Made by a program: the position numbers and the translations under genes. The notes below the pieces were generated by a model. That model was not told the DNA's origin. It saw nothing but the letters and a program-made list of their open reading frames with translations, and made no database searches. Shown in pieces: positions 36,443-48,379 of a DNA stretch of 64,000 nt. Positions within the stretch are counted from its first letter, which is position 1. Every line of letters begins with the position of its first letter. The stretch comes from Selaginella moellendorffii (taxonomy: Eukaryota; Plantae; Lycopodiophyta): assembly GCF_000143415.4 (NCBI RefSeq), contig NW_003314267.1, positions 2,136,932 to 2,200,931 on the forward strand, given 5' to 3'.

Positions 36443-38042
36443 CTATTTTGTTTCCTGATCTCCCTTTGTTTCCTCAGTTCTGGTGTTGGAGGTTTGCTGT
36501 TGCTGATTCGTTTGCAAGTAGAAAATGGAGAGAAATGTTGCAGTGAGGTATGGAAACACGGTCCAAATTCCCTGAGAAAGAAGAAAATCTTTCATTTGCA
36601 GCGAAGTTGGTAAACTCTCAAGTACCACAAAAGCTGCTACTCCTGCCAATGCTACAACTGGTCGATCACGAAGCATGAAACCAACGCTCATCTGTGACAA
36701 GGAGCCCACGGTTTTTGTTTCCCAGATCTTAGAAACGCAAATATATATACCTGTAATGGGAGTGTCAGAAGGCCGCCCAAGCAAACTCCCGCAAAGAACT
36801 TCGAGGCTTCAATCCCCTGGAACACACGTGACTTATATGTTAGAGAAGCTAAGTTTCAGGCAAAGCACTTACTTACACTGGCTCCGGCGAGAAATGAAGT
36901 TGGATTCCTTGCTCCAACTGAAAATCGCTCGACTGGTGCCAAAATCAAGAGAGTTAACTTTGGAGAGAAAGTTGGGCACTAGAATAGCGTACCAAAACCA
37001 ATGAGGTTGCCATAGCGTTGAACAGCTTTAGCGATCTCTTCTAGCTTCTCCTTGCTGATTCCTAGCTGCAAAATCGTTTTCACTCAAAGACTCAAATCGA
37101 CTTTTAGCACACCTTGCTGCGGAAACTCTCCCCAGAACCGGATTGCGCTGTGAGCTTTCCAGCGTAGAATGGAACCATATCGCTTATACACACTCCCCTG
37201 AAAGTCATAGATAGAACGTCAAGGTTGAAAACAAAAAATAAGAACACCACCCACCAGTAAACCCACAAGATCGTCGACAGAATGAAAGTTACATTCTGCG
37301 AGACAGAAGACCAAAAAACCTCTCGAGTTGAGTTCCAAGTCAAGCTACGAGCAATGGCAGCTCCAACCTGACAAAAACTTCCAATTCGAATCGATACAAC
37401 GAAAGAAGGAAAGCAAACCATCACGAACCCAGACAATGAGCGCTTCCTCACTCACAAAGAGACCAAATCCAGCAGCCATGAGCAAGAGGAAATAAATCCA
37501 CCTACACGAGAACGAAGAAAAAAGAATAAGGGAGATCGAGAGGAAAGAAGCATTTGCATGCTTACCCGGGCGTTCGCTCTCCCAAAAAGATTTGCCTCCC
37601 GAAGATGTTGGCTGTGAAGGAAAATCCTGAGCCGCTACGCGCAAGCTGCGTGGAGCTCGATACATCCACCGATGTCACTCTCTTTACGGCAATGTATCCC
37701 ACAAAGAGAAATCCCGTGAGACCGGTGACAACCCCCAGCCACTTCCATCCAATCCTCCACCGCTGCTCTTGCTTTTGCGGCACTACTGGCGGTGATTCTT
37801 CCAAGAAATCCCGATCATCGGCGGCTGCGCTGCGCCTTGGAACGCTTGAGGAACGCCGCCTGGATTGCCTGGATCCATTTCTTTCGCAAAGCAAGCAAGG
37901 AGAGAAAATATTACCTGACATTGAGAGGAATCGTCGATCGCAATGCCGAGAAATGCTGGCGCTGGAGCCGCGCGTTCTCACATCGGAAATAAGGAGGAGG
38001 AGGCGCCGTGATCGCGAGCGCCGGCAGCAAGCCCACTGCCAT
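36443..38042 (-). CDS. DedA/VTT-like (SNARE-associated) membrane protein, probably plastid-targeted
   Basis: Spliced exons give LMAAGFGLFVSEEALIVWVG...GVCISDMVPFYAGK...VQRYGNLIGFVERFSVGARNPTSFLAG, which is the DedA pattern. N-terminus resembles a transit peptide. Confidence 0.75.
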
Positions 38043-38135
38043 GGCTGGAAGCTCGCATAAACCCTAAAAACAGAGCAATGTTAAAAATGGGATATTCTCT
38101 TTTAGAACCCAAAACCCTTTTCGCAAAGGGGAGAA

Positions 38136-40317
38136 ATGCCGCCCTTGGCTATGGCGGCATTTCCATCGCCTCGCGGATTCTGGAAGCCGAGCTCGTCGCA
38201 TCGGCAGGGGCAATGGCGTGGCTTTTGCGGGAGAATGGCGCTGGATCTCGACGAGCAGGCGAGGATTTCGCTCTCCCGCGCTTGCAAATCCGCCGGCATC
38301 GCCGTCGTCGCGCTCTTCTTCTCGGCCGGGGTAAGCCTGAGTGAAAATCCCGCCCTAGCGGCGCCGGCAGTGGTGGAATCATCGTCAGTGAGGGAAGATT
38401 GCGCGTCTTCTTCTCCACCGGGAGGGATTCCCGACGCCTCGTCGAGCTTGGAGGTAACGGATGAGTCTCTTGTGGAATCGGCATGGGAGCTCGTCAATGA
38501 TTTCTATCTTGATGCTAGGCACCACAAGTGGTCACCGGATTTGTGGCTGGTAAGTTTTCCAACTTCCATAGCTTCTTCTCTTTGGTTTTGCAAGAAAATC
38601 TCATTCTCGCTTCTACAGGCTCAGAAAGAAAAGGTGTTTCAGAGGCCATTCCAGAATCGAAAGGCTGCGTACTCGGCAATCAGAGAAATGCTTGCCACAC
38701 TCGACGATCCATTTACTCGATTTCTAACTCCCGATGAGGTAAAAAAACAAATGAGAAACATTCTAGCTTAGAGACTTTGCGAGCTAAATCGCTTCTCGCA
38801 TGCAGGACAGTTTTCCCAAACCTCAAAGTACGATATCACAGGCGTGGGCTTGAATATCGGAGAGGTACCGGATGAAAATGGACAAATCCAGCTTAGAGTT
38901 CTCGGTATTGTTCTTCAAAGCCCAGCCGAGCTGGCTGGAATTCAGCAGGTTGGTCAGTGGCTTTCACTCGTCCTGCCGCTTAGTTCTGATCTTCGCGTGG
39001 CAATTTGCTGCTTTTTTCCAGGGTGACGAGATACTTTCAGTGGATGGAAATAGTGTGGCTGGAAAATCGGCCTTTGCGGTTTCATCTGAGATCCAAGGAC
39101 GCAAACGGACTCCTGTTTCAGTCGAGGTATCGTTCGAATTCTATGTTTGCTTCTTTTCTTTTGATACGCTAAGAGTTTCTCCACGTCCAGGTTCGACGGT
39201 CTCAATGTGGAGACGTCCAAAGTTACGTGCTCTATCGCCAGCAAGACTTGCGAAGCCCTGTTTTCTACCGTTTAGAGCGTTCTGATGTCGCTAATGAGCG
39301 CCGCGGCTACGTTCGGCTCAAGGAGTTCAATGCCTTGACAAAGCGGGACCTGGTCACCGGTAAGAACTAGCTGATCTTGAAACTCTTGGAACATTGATTC
39401 GCCTCTAACCAGGAAAGCACTTGTTGCAGCTTTGATGAGATTGCAAGCCTCAGGTGCTTCATCGTTTGTTATTGACTTGAGAGACAACTTGGGTGGCCTC
39501 GTCCAAGTGAGTAGTGTGGCTTATTTGGCTTCGAAGTGAAACGCTTATGGACCTTACAGGAAGGTATTGAAGTGGCCAAGTTGTTTCTGGACGACGGGGA
39601 AACCGTGAGTAAAACTCTATCATCGCTTTAAACCATCTAGCTTTGACATAACGCGCAGGTTATATACACCACAAGGAGAAATAATGCGTCATTACAAAGT
39701 ATTGTAGCTAAAGGCCAACCTTTCCTGCGAGCGCCCCTCGTCGTAAGCTTTGTTTCTTCCAACCGGCTTGTGTTGTGCTCACGTTTCATTCTATTTTGTC
39801 AAGGTTTTAGTGAACAACCGGACAGCCAGTGCGAGTGAAATTGTAAGTTTGTGCAGAGAAACGAATATAATATGCTTGGAAATTTGGTGCTTTTCAGATG
39901 GCCGCTGCTCTCCATGACAACTGTAGAGCTGTTTTAGCTGGTAGCAGGACATTTGGGAAAGTAGGGACTACTATTGAAATGATGGTTTCACTGATTTTCT
40001 TGCATATCTTGCAGGGCCTGATTCAGTCTGTGTTTGAGTTCAACGATGGCTCTGGTGTAATCTTGACTGTTGGGAAATACATGACACCTGCACACAGGGA
40101 TATTGATGGGAATGGTTTGGAACCAGATTTCTGGAGAATGCCAGGTATTGCATATCAAAAGTCCTTTTCTCTTTCTTTTTGTTCTGTTTTTTTTTCTTTT
40201 CTTTTTTTCTTTTGTACTTCTTTTTTGTTTGTAATTTTCTAGCTAGGCTCTACGGAATCTAGATACAATTCTAAAGTGAAATTTGTACAGGCCACCTTGA
40301 AGTGGAGCAGAAGTTGA
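38136..40317 (+). CDS. CTPA: C-terminal processing peptidase S41A (CtpA, D1-processing family; CTPA1-like)
   Basis: MLATLDDPFTRFL, PDZ region, GYVRLKEFNA, IDLRDNLGGLVQ, LVNNRTASASEI, RTFGKGLIQSV, TVGKYMTP. Last exon uncertain. Confidence 0.92.
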
Positions 40318-40538
40318 GAGCTTGTCTTTCAAAAAAGGCATCATGAAATTCTTGCTAGCGCTAAAAACAAGAGGAAAAGAAAGAAGAAAAAGCAAATGAA
40401 ATTTACTTTTTGTATTTGATCTGTTCAATCGATCGATCAAAAAAATAAAAAGTACAAACTCTTTTAACAAGGCTTTAGAAAAAGGGAAAAAGAAAAAAAA
40501 AAAAGAACCTTTGGCGGAGGAAGAAATTTGCAGTTCTC

Positions 40539-42006
40539 TTAGAACCTCCTCCGCAATGAGCTCGACTCCAAACGTGAAGACGCGCTGCTGGCCGAATGCT
40601 CTTCGCGATCTTCTTGATCACCGTCTTGCAGTGTTTGCTCATCAGGACCCTGGCTTACATTCCCCATGCTCCACGAATCCGGGAGCTGCTCAAGACCCGC
40701 CGTGACATTCTCGTTGTCCGACGAGTACGAAACTAGCTGTGGATGATCCACGCTGTTGCTGGACGACGCCGGCGAGAGAGATGACGGGTTGGCGCACTTG
40801 AGACCCGAAACTCCTCCAAAACCACCAGCGAATCCGCCCAGCGCTCGGTACGCAAGCGCTCGCTCCAAGTTGTCTCTTGGATTCTCGCCCTCCTTTGCTG
40901 CTGGCTCTGGCTTCTCCAGGAACTCCGGATAGAAGGAATTCCACCAAGACGAATCCCCTCGCTCGCACTGGACAGCATCGCCGAGGATCCATCTGGGTAG
41001 CGATTCTAGAAAGTCGGTGCGTGCCTGCCGGTCCACCATGTAAGCTAGCAGCGAGCCGAGGCAGTGTCCTGCGATGATCCCCAGTAGATGGGAACTGGAA
41101 GCTTTGCTGGCTATGGATGCAACTAGCTGGCAGCCGCATCCAAAGCATCTCGATCGGACATGCAAACTGCGAGAGCACAAAATCCCAGTCGGTGAGTCAC
41201 TGACAGGTCAGAGATGCGAGCGAGTTACCAGAAAGGAACACGGTACAAGAAACTTATAAGAATGCATTGAGGAAGGAGAACCAACGCCATATCCAGTAGC
41301 TTCTGCAGAGATTTGCACGCTGTCAGCAAACCACAGAACTCTCGGAACACGGACGCCCACGTTACTAGTATGATAGAGTTGAAGACCTTCCCAAGACCAT
41401 AACACGATGGCAAACTGCCATAGCAAGAGCCTCCTGTTTTGCCTGTACCTGGATGGAGCACGCACCCCGTGAGAACTTCGCAGCTATTCGAGAGAGCTTA
41501 CCTCACCATTTAGTGAATAAAAGCTGCGATGTTAACATCGCCATGCACCACGCAGCAACGCAAACGTGTGACAAGATCACCACTCCATGTTTGCTCTGCC
41601 GAAAAAAGAAAAAAAAAAAAACAAAGTTTGCAAATGATCTCGAGATGCAAAGACGATAAAAAACCAAACGATCACTCACCTGGCCAGCATCAATCGTCCA
41701 CCAAAGCCGCAAGATGCAAAACGCCAATTCGCAAGCCGCGGGGCCGAGATCGTTGAAGTCCGAGTCCGAGCCACATTTCCGGCAATACACCGCTTCCAAC
41801 CTTCTGTCCTGGAACTTGAGGCTCCAGGAGCTAAATCGAACTGGAGTGGCTACCGGATAGTAAACCGTGGACACCGCAGCCGCTGCCACAGCTGCTTGTA
41901 GCTGAGCATCACCCTGTCGCTGGGCTTCCTTCGCTGCTTCGTGAGCTCTCTCGTACAGCTCCCTCTCGTGGTCCGAAGCAAAGCCATCAATCTCACCAGT
42001 CGCCAT
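40539..42006 (-). CDS. Uncharacterised multi-pass membrane protein
   Basis: Open exons with GT-AG boundaries and several hydrophobic segments. Motifs SLKFQDRRLEAVY and GSLLAYMVDRQARTDFL. Exon joins not fully resolved. Confidence 0.6.
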
Positions 42007-43027
42007 GGACAGAGATGAGTATGAAGATCACACGACAACGATTCGAGCCCGAGCAGCCATTTGTTTCTCCTTTCTCTCTGAAAAACAGAGCTCTGATCCA
42101 CGGAAGCTTCAGTGCCTCATCATGGAGCACATGGGAACCTAGGAAAAGAAAGAGAAAAACAGCGCTCATCAGGCACGGAAAGAAGCGAGAAAGCGAAGAA
42201 AACAAAAATATTTCCACACATAAAGAGCAAGAACAGCGACATCATACCCTACGAGCGCCCGGCGCACGATATTTCGCCAAGGATCGTGAAATGCAGGATC
42301 GCGCAGCCACGAATTCCTCATCCCCGGCGCCGCCACGCAAGAATCATCACAGGAACAAACCAGCTGATGCGCGACGATCGCTCGCCGCGAGCTGAGACAG
42401 CGCCGCGCTCTCCATCGCTTCCCCTGCGATCGATCGATCGAGCCAAAGCCCTAATAAATCGTCGCGAGAGAGCAGCGATTAGAACCCCTGCCCCACAGCG
42501 CCATTGCCTCGCTTCCAAGAGAAGAGAATACCAACCTAGAGAATAGAAACCCAAGCTGACGTGGGTGTCCACGTGGAGCGTATCCCCAAGCATATCCTGG
42601 CAGGTGGATACACATGTGCGCTGCTGGCACAGAATAAACCATAAAATCCAATAAAGAATTACGTAAATGGTCCAATTGGCGGCCGTACCAGAGTCACATT
42701 CCGGCGGCAGGCCGTACCAGTGGCGCGTGGGCTGCCGACTGACCGTCAGATGACGGGTGAGACCGACCGTCGCGTGTGGAGCGCAAGCCGTCACACCCGT
42801 CAGGCGCGAGTACAGTACGGAATGGCCGTTTTCTCGGAGCCCAGGCAAAGTACATACGCACGAACTTTGTTCCTAAGTTTGGATGATCATACAAAAAAAA
42901 GAACCATCGCATTTTTTTGGCATGATTTGGCCTGTCGTGATCGATCTATCGCTGGGAGAGTTTTGTGTTTTAAAACTCTGGCCAAGCAGCCACCTGTTCT
43001 TCGCAAGCAATTGCCACTTGAGTTAAC

Positions 43028-45127
43028 TTACTTGGCTTCGATAGTTGCGGGGGTATTGGCTGGAGCATGAGCGCTTGAACAAGAGCTAGAACCTGTGAAG
43101 AACCAAGTGAAAAAAAAAGGAATTTTGGAATGTATGGTAAGTTTTTTACCATTACGCTCCCAGCAACGATTAGACTGAATCCTGGGCAATTGAAAGGAGC
43201 GTCCTTGGATAGAAACAGTGCTGAACAAAGAGAAAGTTTTAGACAAAAGTTTAAGCAACGAACAGAGAATCTTAAACCTGTCAAGGGGCTGATAGCAAGC
43301 GGTGATAATATAGTTGCAAACGATCTTATACCCGCAATTAAACCTTGGAACTTACCCTGCTCGAGATAAATTAGAGACTAAACGAGATGAAACGATGGAA
43401 GTTACCTGTTCTTCCGGTTCCGCTGTCTTTGATACAATACTCCCTATCTGTTAAGAAGAAACAATAAGTTACGCTCAGCGGTCATAGAGAACTTACGCAA
43501 GGGAAGCTCAAGACAAAAAAGATACTGAAGCTGGAACAGACGTATGGCACCTGAAAAATCCAAGATGTTAATACAAAAAAATCAATAAATTAACATCAGT
43601 TACCCAGTCTGCCCATGCTACTCCATATAAAAGTGCCTTAAGCATACAAACATTACGTGTGTGGATTGGTTAGACCAAGCACCAAGTGACAAAACTTACA
43701 TGAGAAGCAGAAGCAGAAATAGCTATAAACAGAACGATTTTTTCGCCGAAAAAATGTACAAAGACTGGCATAATGAGCAGCTGTGTAAAATGAAAAGGTT
43801 TTCAATCTCCCGCAGACTAAGAATAAAGCTTACTTGAGAAAACACTGATGCCAGTCCATTAATTAACATGAGCTCTGCAAATTGGTCCTTTGCAAAACCA
43901 AAAGTCGCTTTTAAATAATACTGAGAACGAAAAACGAAGCATTAGACAAGAACTTGAGCTGATTATGGCCTACCAACAGTGAACCCTGTAATCCAGCTTC
44001 GCCAAGACTGGAGAAGAATACTATCACCGCTACCTGCGTCAAAAGATTGCTGACAGATGCAAGTTATCATCTACGTAAACGTCAAGACTACACTTACTTC
44101 TGTTTAAACAGAAGCACAGTGTCTGTGATTGAGGAAGTGCTACGCATGAGCAGCGGTGTAGAGCGACATTCGTCACGCTTATGCTGCTGATGCGTGTCAC
44201 TGTGATTCGGAAGCAGCGGTGGACCACGCTCGGCATTTGTCTCTGGTAAAAAAACTTTGACATAGACCGCAGCAAAAGCAATCACGACAGCAGCCACCTG
44301 AAAGGTGGTTGAAGAAACAGTCGACTTAAAAGTGTAAAGCTCTCCCACCTTGAAAATTTGATCCTGAGCCAACACTCGAGCCAAAAGAATCCCAATAACA
44401 TAACCGACTGAAAACGATCCCATGAGCACGCCAATGGCAAGAGCTCGGTAGCGTCGCTCGATACAGTCGCTCTGGAAAAAAGGAAAAAGAAACAAATGTC
44501 AAAATCATGGACGCTTTGGAGGCAAGCAAAGCACTAAGTAGAAACTCACCACATACGCAAAAGAGAGGCATGTAATGCCACCCTCGGCGAAGATCCTAAC
44601 CACTGTTCCCACGACCATGTAGGCGTAAACGAACGGCCTGGATTGGCTATAGGCGAGTATCGCTTCGTCCATGTAAGAAAAGAGTGAGCAAGCGCGATCG
44701 ATCGATCGGACTCACCCATGGGAAGAACAGCGGCGGAGAATGGAATCATCAGCAGCGGCTTGCGGCCATACTCGTCCGAGAGCTCGCCGAGAATCGGCGT
44801 CACCAGCATCGTCCCAATCCCCGCGATCTGCGAGAAGATCCATGGCAAGAATGCGAGAGCTTAGAACCCTAGTTTCAAGAAAATGTATAGAGGGAAGAGC
44901 TCAACGATTTGCTGGATGCCGGTCAAGTAGATCGCTTCGTTGCATTCGGCCTGGCCGGGGCAGAGCGCTCCGAGAAGAACATCCGTGAGCGCCGGGATCA
45001 CCATCATCGTCGCCATGATGTGGAGGAGCGTGGCGAAGATGAGATGGATGAGCGGCCTCAGGACGATGATCTTGCGCAAGAATCCCCGCCGATGGCCGCC
45101 GCTGCTACTGCTCGATGATTCTGTCAT
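43028..45127 (-). CDS. Major facilitator superfamily transporter (TetA/HIAT1-like)
   Basis: MVIPALTDV...CPGQAECNEAIYLTGIQQ, GELSDEYGRKPLL (MFS motif A), FLPET, YLKATFGFAKDQFA. Multi-exon. 3' end approximate. Confidence 0.9.
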
Positions 45128-45859
45128 CGTAGAGCGAGGGAGCGAGCGAGCTACAGCGATCGTATTGCTTCCCAGCGCGATTTATTCTACGCTAGCGCGA
45201 CTATCACACACACACACAGGGCCCCAAGAAAGTGATCTTCTTGGAGATTCCTTCACGCATCTTGTCTGGGAACGCTTGCATCCAAAGCAATTGGAAGGAT
45301 CTCCACGAAGCGAGCGACGATCCTGGCAAAATCTTGCATCTACAAGAAGCTATTGCGATCCAGATCACACACATCCATCGGAGCGCCAAGCATCGAAGCG
45401 ATCGATCTCTCGCGATCGCGTGGAAAATATTTTGGGAAGGGGAAAGCGCGAGAGCCTCTCTATTCTAGGTGGCCATGGGCATATTCCCAGGACCGTTTTG
45501 TGATACCATTTTAAAATTCCACCCCCTGCCGTTTGTGCTGTCGGACTGAGATCCATGCAAGCCATTAGCTGCCCTCTTGTGTGCATGCCAAACGATCCAT
45601 CTATCAGTTATCTATCGTTTGAGTCACCGTTGGATCTTTGGCATTTTGTTGCGTCACCGTAGGATCGTGGCCTTTTCCTGGTGGAAAGAATATTGGCAGT
45701 TTGCCGTACAAGGCCAGCTAGGGTTTATGTTCTCCCTTGCGGGCGCGCGTGGCAATGCAGGACGATCGTCGCCGGGATCATCGATTAGGAGTCCCATCCA
45801 CTGGCGCTCGTGATCTTTCGAGGTAAGGCGGCGGTTCTTTGACACGCGCATGGATCTTG

Positions 45860-48295
45860 ATGATCCGCCGTGCGCGCGCGCGGCAATGCAAGCGAATCGG
45901 CGCCAGATTTTGCAAGCTGAGAGGGTTATCGGCGGGATTTTGCAAGGCTGGCAGGGATTTCGATGTCGCCGGCTTGATCTCGGCCTTGAAGGATTCCAGG
46001 GACCTGCGGAGCTGCAAGAGGCATCACATTGATGCGGTTGAGAAGGGTCTTTGCTCCAACATCCTCGTCGCCAACACGCTGATTCGAGTGTACGCCAGAT
46101 GTGGGAGCTTGGCCGATGCTCGCAGCGTTTTCGAGTCACTGGAAGTCCCGGATGTGGTGTCCTGGAATGCGCTACTTCAGGGATACGTCGAGAATGGGGA
46201 GAGCCGGCAAGCTCTGGTATTGCTTGGAAGAATGGAACAGGAGGGGTGTCTTCCAGATGGTAGAACTTTCGTCACAGCTCTCAAGGCTTGCTCGAGTCTA
46301 GCAACCAAAGAAGGAAATGCGAAGAAGGTGGAGTACGTGAAGGTGGCCAAGGTTTTCTACTGTGAGGCCATAGATTCGAGGCAACTAGACATCTTTGTGG
46401 CGAACACATTGGTTGATACTTTAGCCAAATGTGGGAGCTTGGAGGATGCTCGTTTGGTTTTCGAGAGGATGCCAGGTCATGACGTTGTTTCTTGGACAGT
46501 TTTGGTGCTCGGACATGTCGACAACGAACAGTGTGAGACCGCTTTGGAGCTGTTTGAACTTATGCACTCGAGGGGCTGCATTGGGAATGCCCGGACTTTC
46601 TCCTCGGCTCTAACGGGGTGTTCTAGACTGGCAGATAAGGAAGAAGCTAAGCTAGTCGACGGGTCTCTTGTGAAGGCCGAAAGTCTTGAAGTTGGGATGG
46701 CGATTCACTCACGAGCATCAAGCAGTGGCTGTGACTCAGACGTTTTCGTTGGGAACACTTTGCTCGACATGTACGTCAAGTGTGGCAGCATGATTAGAGC
46801 TCGGCGGGTTTTCGATGGGATGAAGCTTCATGATGTGGTATCGTGGACTACGCTGATACAGGGATATGCCGAGAACGGTGAGCCAGTGGTGGCTTTACAG
46901 CTCTACGCTCGCATGAAGCTGGCAGGATGTAAACCGGATTCCAGGTGCTACGTCGCCGCGCTTTTGGCTTGCTCGAGTTTGGCAGCGGCTGAAAAACTCC
47001 GTGAGTCCAGTGGGAGCTTGGTGACGCTCGAGTGCTTGGACAAAACCAGGATGGTCTACCAGGAAGCTGTAAGCAGTGGATTCGGGCAGGATATGTACGT
47101 CAACACGGCAGCAGTTCGTGCATATTCAAAGTGTGGGAGCAGCGCTGGTGCTCGAGTGATATTCGACAACGTGGCACACCGGGACACTTTCCTGTGGAAC
47201 GCAATGCTTCTGGGACATGTTGAAAACGGGGAAAGCGACTCAGCACTTGGACTGGTTGCAGTAATGCAAGAACAGGGTCACAAAGGAGATGCTCGGACTC
47301 TCAGTACGGTATTGACGGCTTGTGCAAACTTGGGAGTCAAAGCAGAGAAAGCAGAACCATCATTATCAGATGGAATGAAGGCCAGATATCTGGAACAGGG
47401 GATGGCTTTACACTTGGAAGCATCAAACTCGGGGTTTGACAAGTCGGACATATTCGTGGGGAACGCTTTGGTCGACATGTACGCGAAGTGTGGGAGCCTG
47501 GAGCGTGCCACAGAGGTTTTCCGCAGCATGCCGCGCAGGGACGTGGTGTCGTGGACTTCGATGATTCTGGGATACGCCGGGAATGGCAGAGCAGCGCTAG
47601 CCTTAGAGCTGTTCTTCTCCGGCATGGACGTCGCGGCAAACGCTAGAACTTACGTGGCTGCGCTTGTGGCTTGCGGCGACTTGGTAGCACTGGAAAGTGG
47701 GAAGCGTGTCGAGGCTCGAGTTTACAGGAGTGGAGTGGAGAGCGATCCGGTGGTGGCAACCGCGCTGGTGGATTTTTACGGGAACTGTGGAGACATGGCT
47801 GCTGGGCGGCGAGCTTTCGACTGGAGCTCGCCAAGGGACGTGAAGCAGTGGAACGCAGTGATCGGGGGCTACTCTCGATCCGGAGAGATCGACCAGGCAT
47901 TGTCGCTGTTCCAGAGGATGAGGGACGAGAGGTTGCGAGCCGACGCCATCACTTTCTTCTCCATCCTCTCGGCTTGCAGCCACGCCGGAGAGATCGACAG
48001 GGCGCGGGAGTGTTTCCAGGCCATGGCCGAGTTTGGCATCGCCCCGAGCGTCCAGCACTACTCGTGCCTGATCGATCTGTTTGGCCGAGCCTCGAGACTG
48101 CGCGAAGCAGTGGAGCTTCTCGAGGCTGTGCCCCTCCTCAAGGCCGATCGTGTTGCGCGGATGACGGTCTTGAGCGCGTGCCAGCGCTGGAAAGAAGCTG
48201 GAACTGGAAGGAATGTGTTTGATTCTCTGTTGGAACCCGATGATAAATGTAACAGTGCTCAAGCATTGGTGTTCATGGCAAACGCAAATTCGTAG
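45860..48295 (+). CDS. PLS-class pentatricopeptide repeat protein with truncated E region and no DYW domain
   Basis: Intronless ~810-aa ORF with repeated NTLxxxYAKCGSLxxARxVF / DVVSWxxxxxGY units, then FFSILSACSHAG and HYSCLIDLFGRA. Extra ~15-20 aa inserts after the L motifs. Start codon uncertain. Confidence 0.93.
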   Translation: MIRRARARQCKRIGARFCKLRGLSAGFCKAGRDFDVAGLISALKDSRDLRSCKRHHIDAVEKGLCSNILVANTLIRVYARCGSLADARSVFESLEVPDVVSWNALLQGYVENGESRQALVLLGRMEQEGCLPDGRTFVTALKACSSLATKEGNAKKVEYVKVAKVFYCEAIDSRQLDIFVANTLVDTLAKCGSLEDARLVFERMPGHDVVSWTVLVLGHVDNEQCETALELFELMHSRGCIGNARTFSSALTGCSRLADKEEAKLVDGSLVKAESLEVGMAIHSRASSSGCDSDVFVGNTLLDMYVKCGSMIRARRVFDGMKLHDVVSWTTLIQGYAENGEPVVALQLYARMKLAGCKPDSRCYVAALLACSSLAAAEKLRESSGSLVTLECLDKTRMVYQEAVSSGFGQDMYVNTAAVRAYSKCGSSAGARVIFDNVAHRDTFLWNAMLLGHVENGESDSALGLVAVMQEQGHKGDARTLSTVLTACANLGVKAEKAEPSLSDGMKARYLEQGMALHLEASNSGFDKSDIFVGNALVDMYAKCGSLERATEVFRSMPRRDVVSWTSMILGYAGNGRAALALELFFSGMDVAANARTYVAALVACGDLVALESGKRVEARVYRSGVESDPVVATALVDFYGNCGDMAAGRRAFDWSSPRDVKQWNAVIGGYSRSGEIDQALSLFQRMRDERLRADAITFFSILSACSHAGEIDRARECFQAMAEFGIAPSVQHYSCLIDLFGRASRLREAVELLEAVPLLKADRVARMTVLSACQRWKEAGTGRNVFDSLLEPDDKCNSAQALVFMANANS

Positions 48296-48379
48296 ACAAA
48301 ATGGTGGTCTGCTGACGTGGCGATGATTATTCGAGGATATGCTACCGTTTCGCTGAAGTGGATATGCATACCAGTCGAG

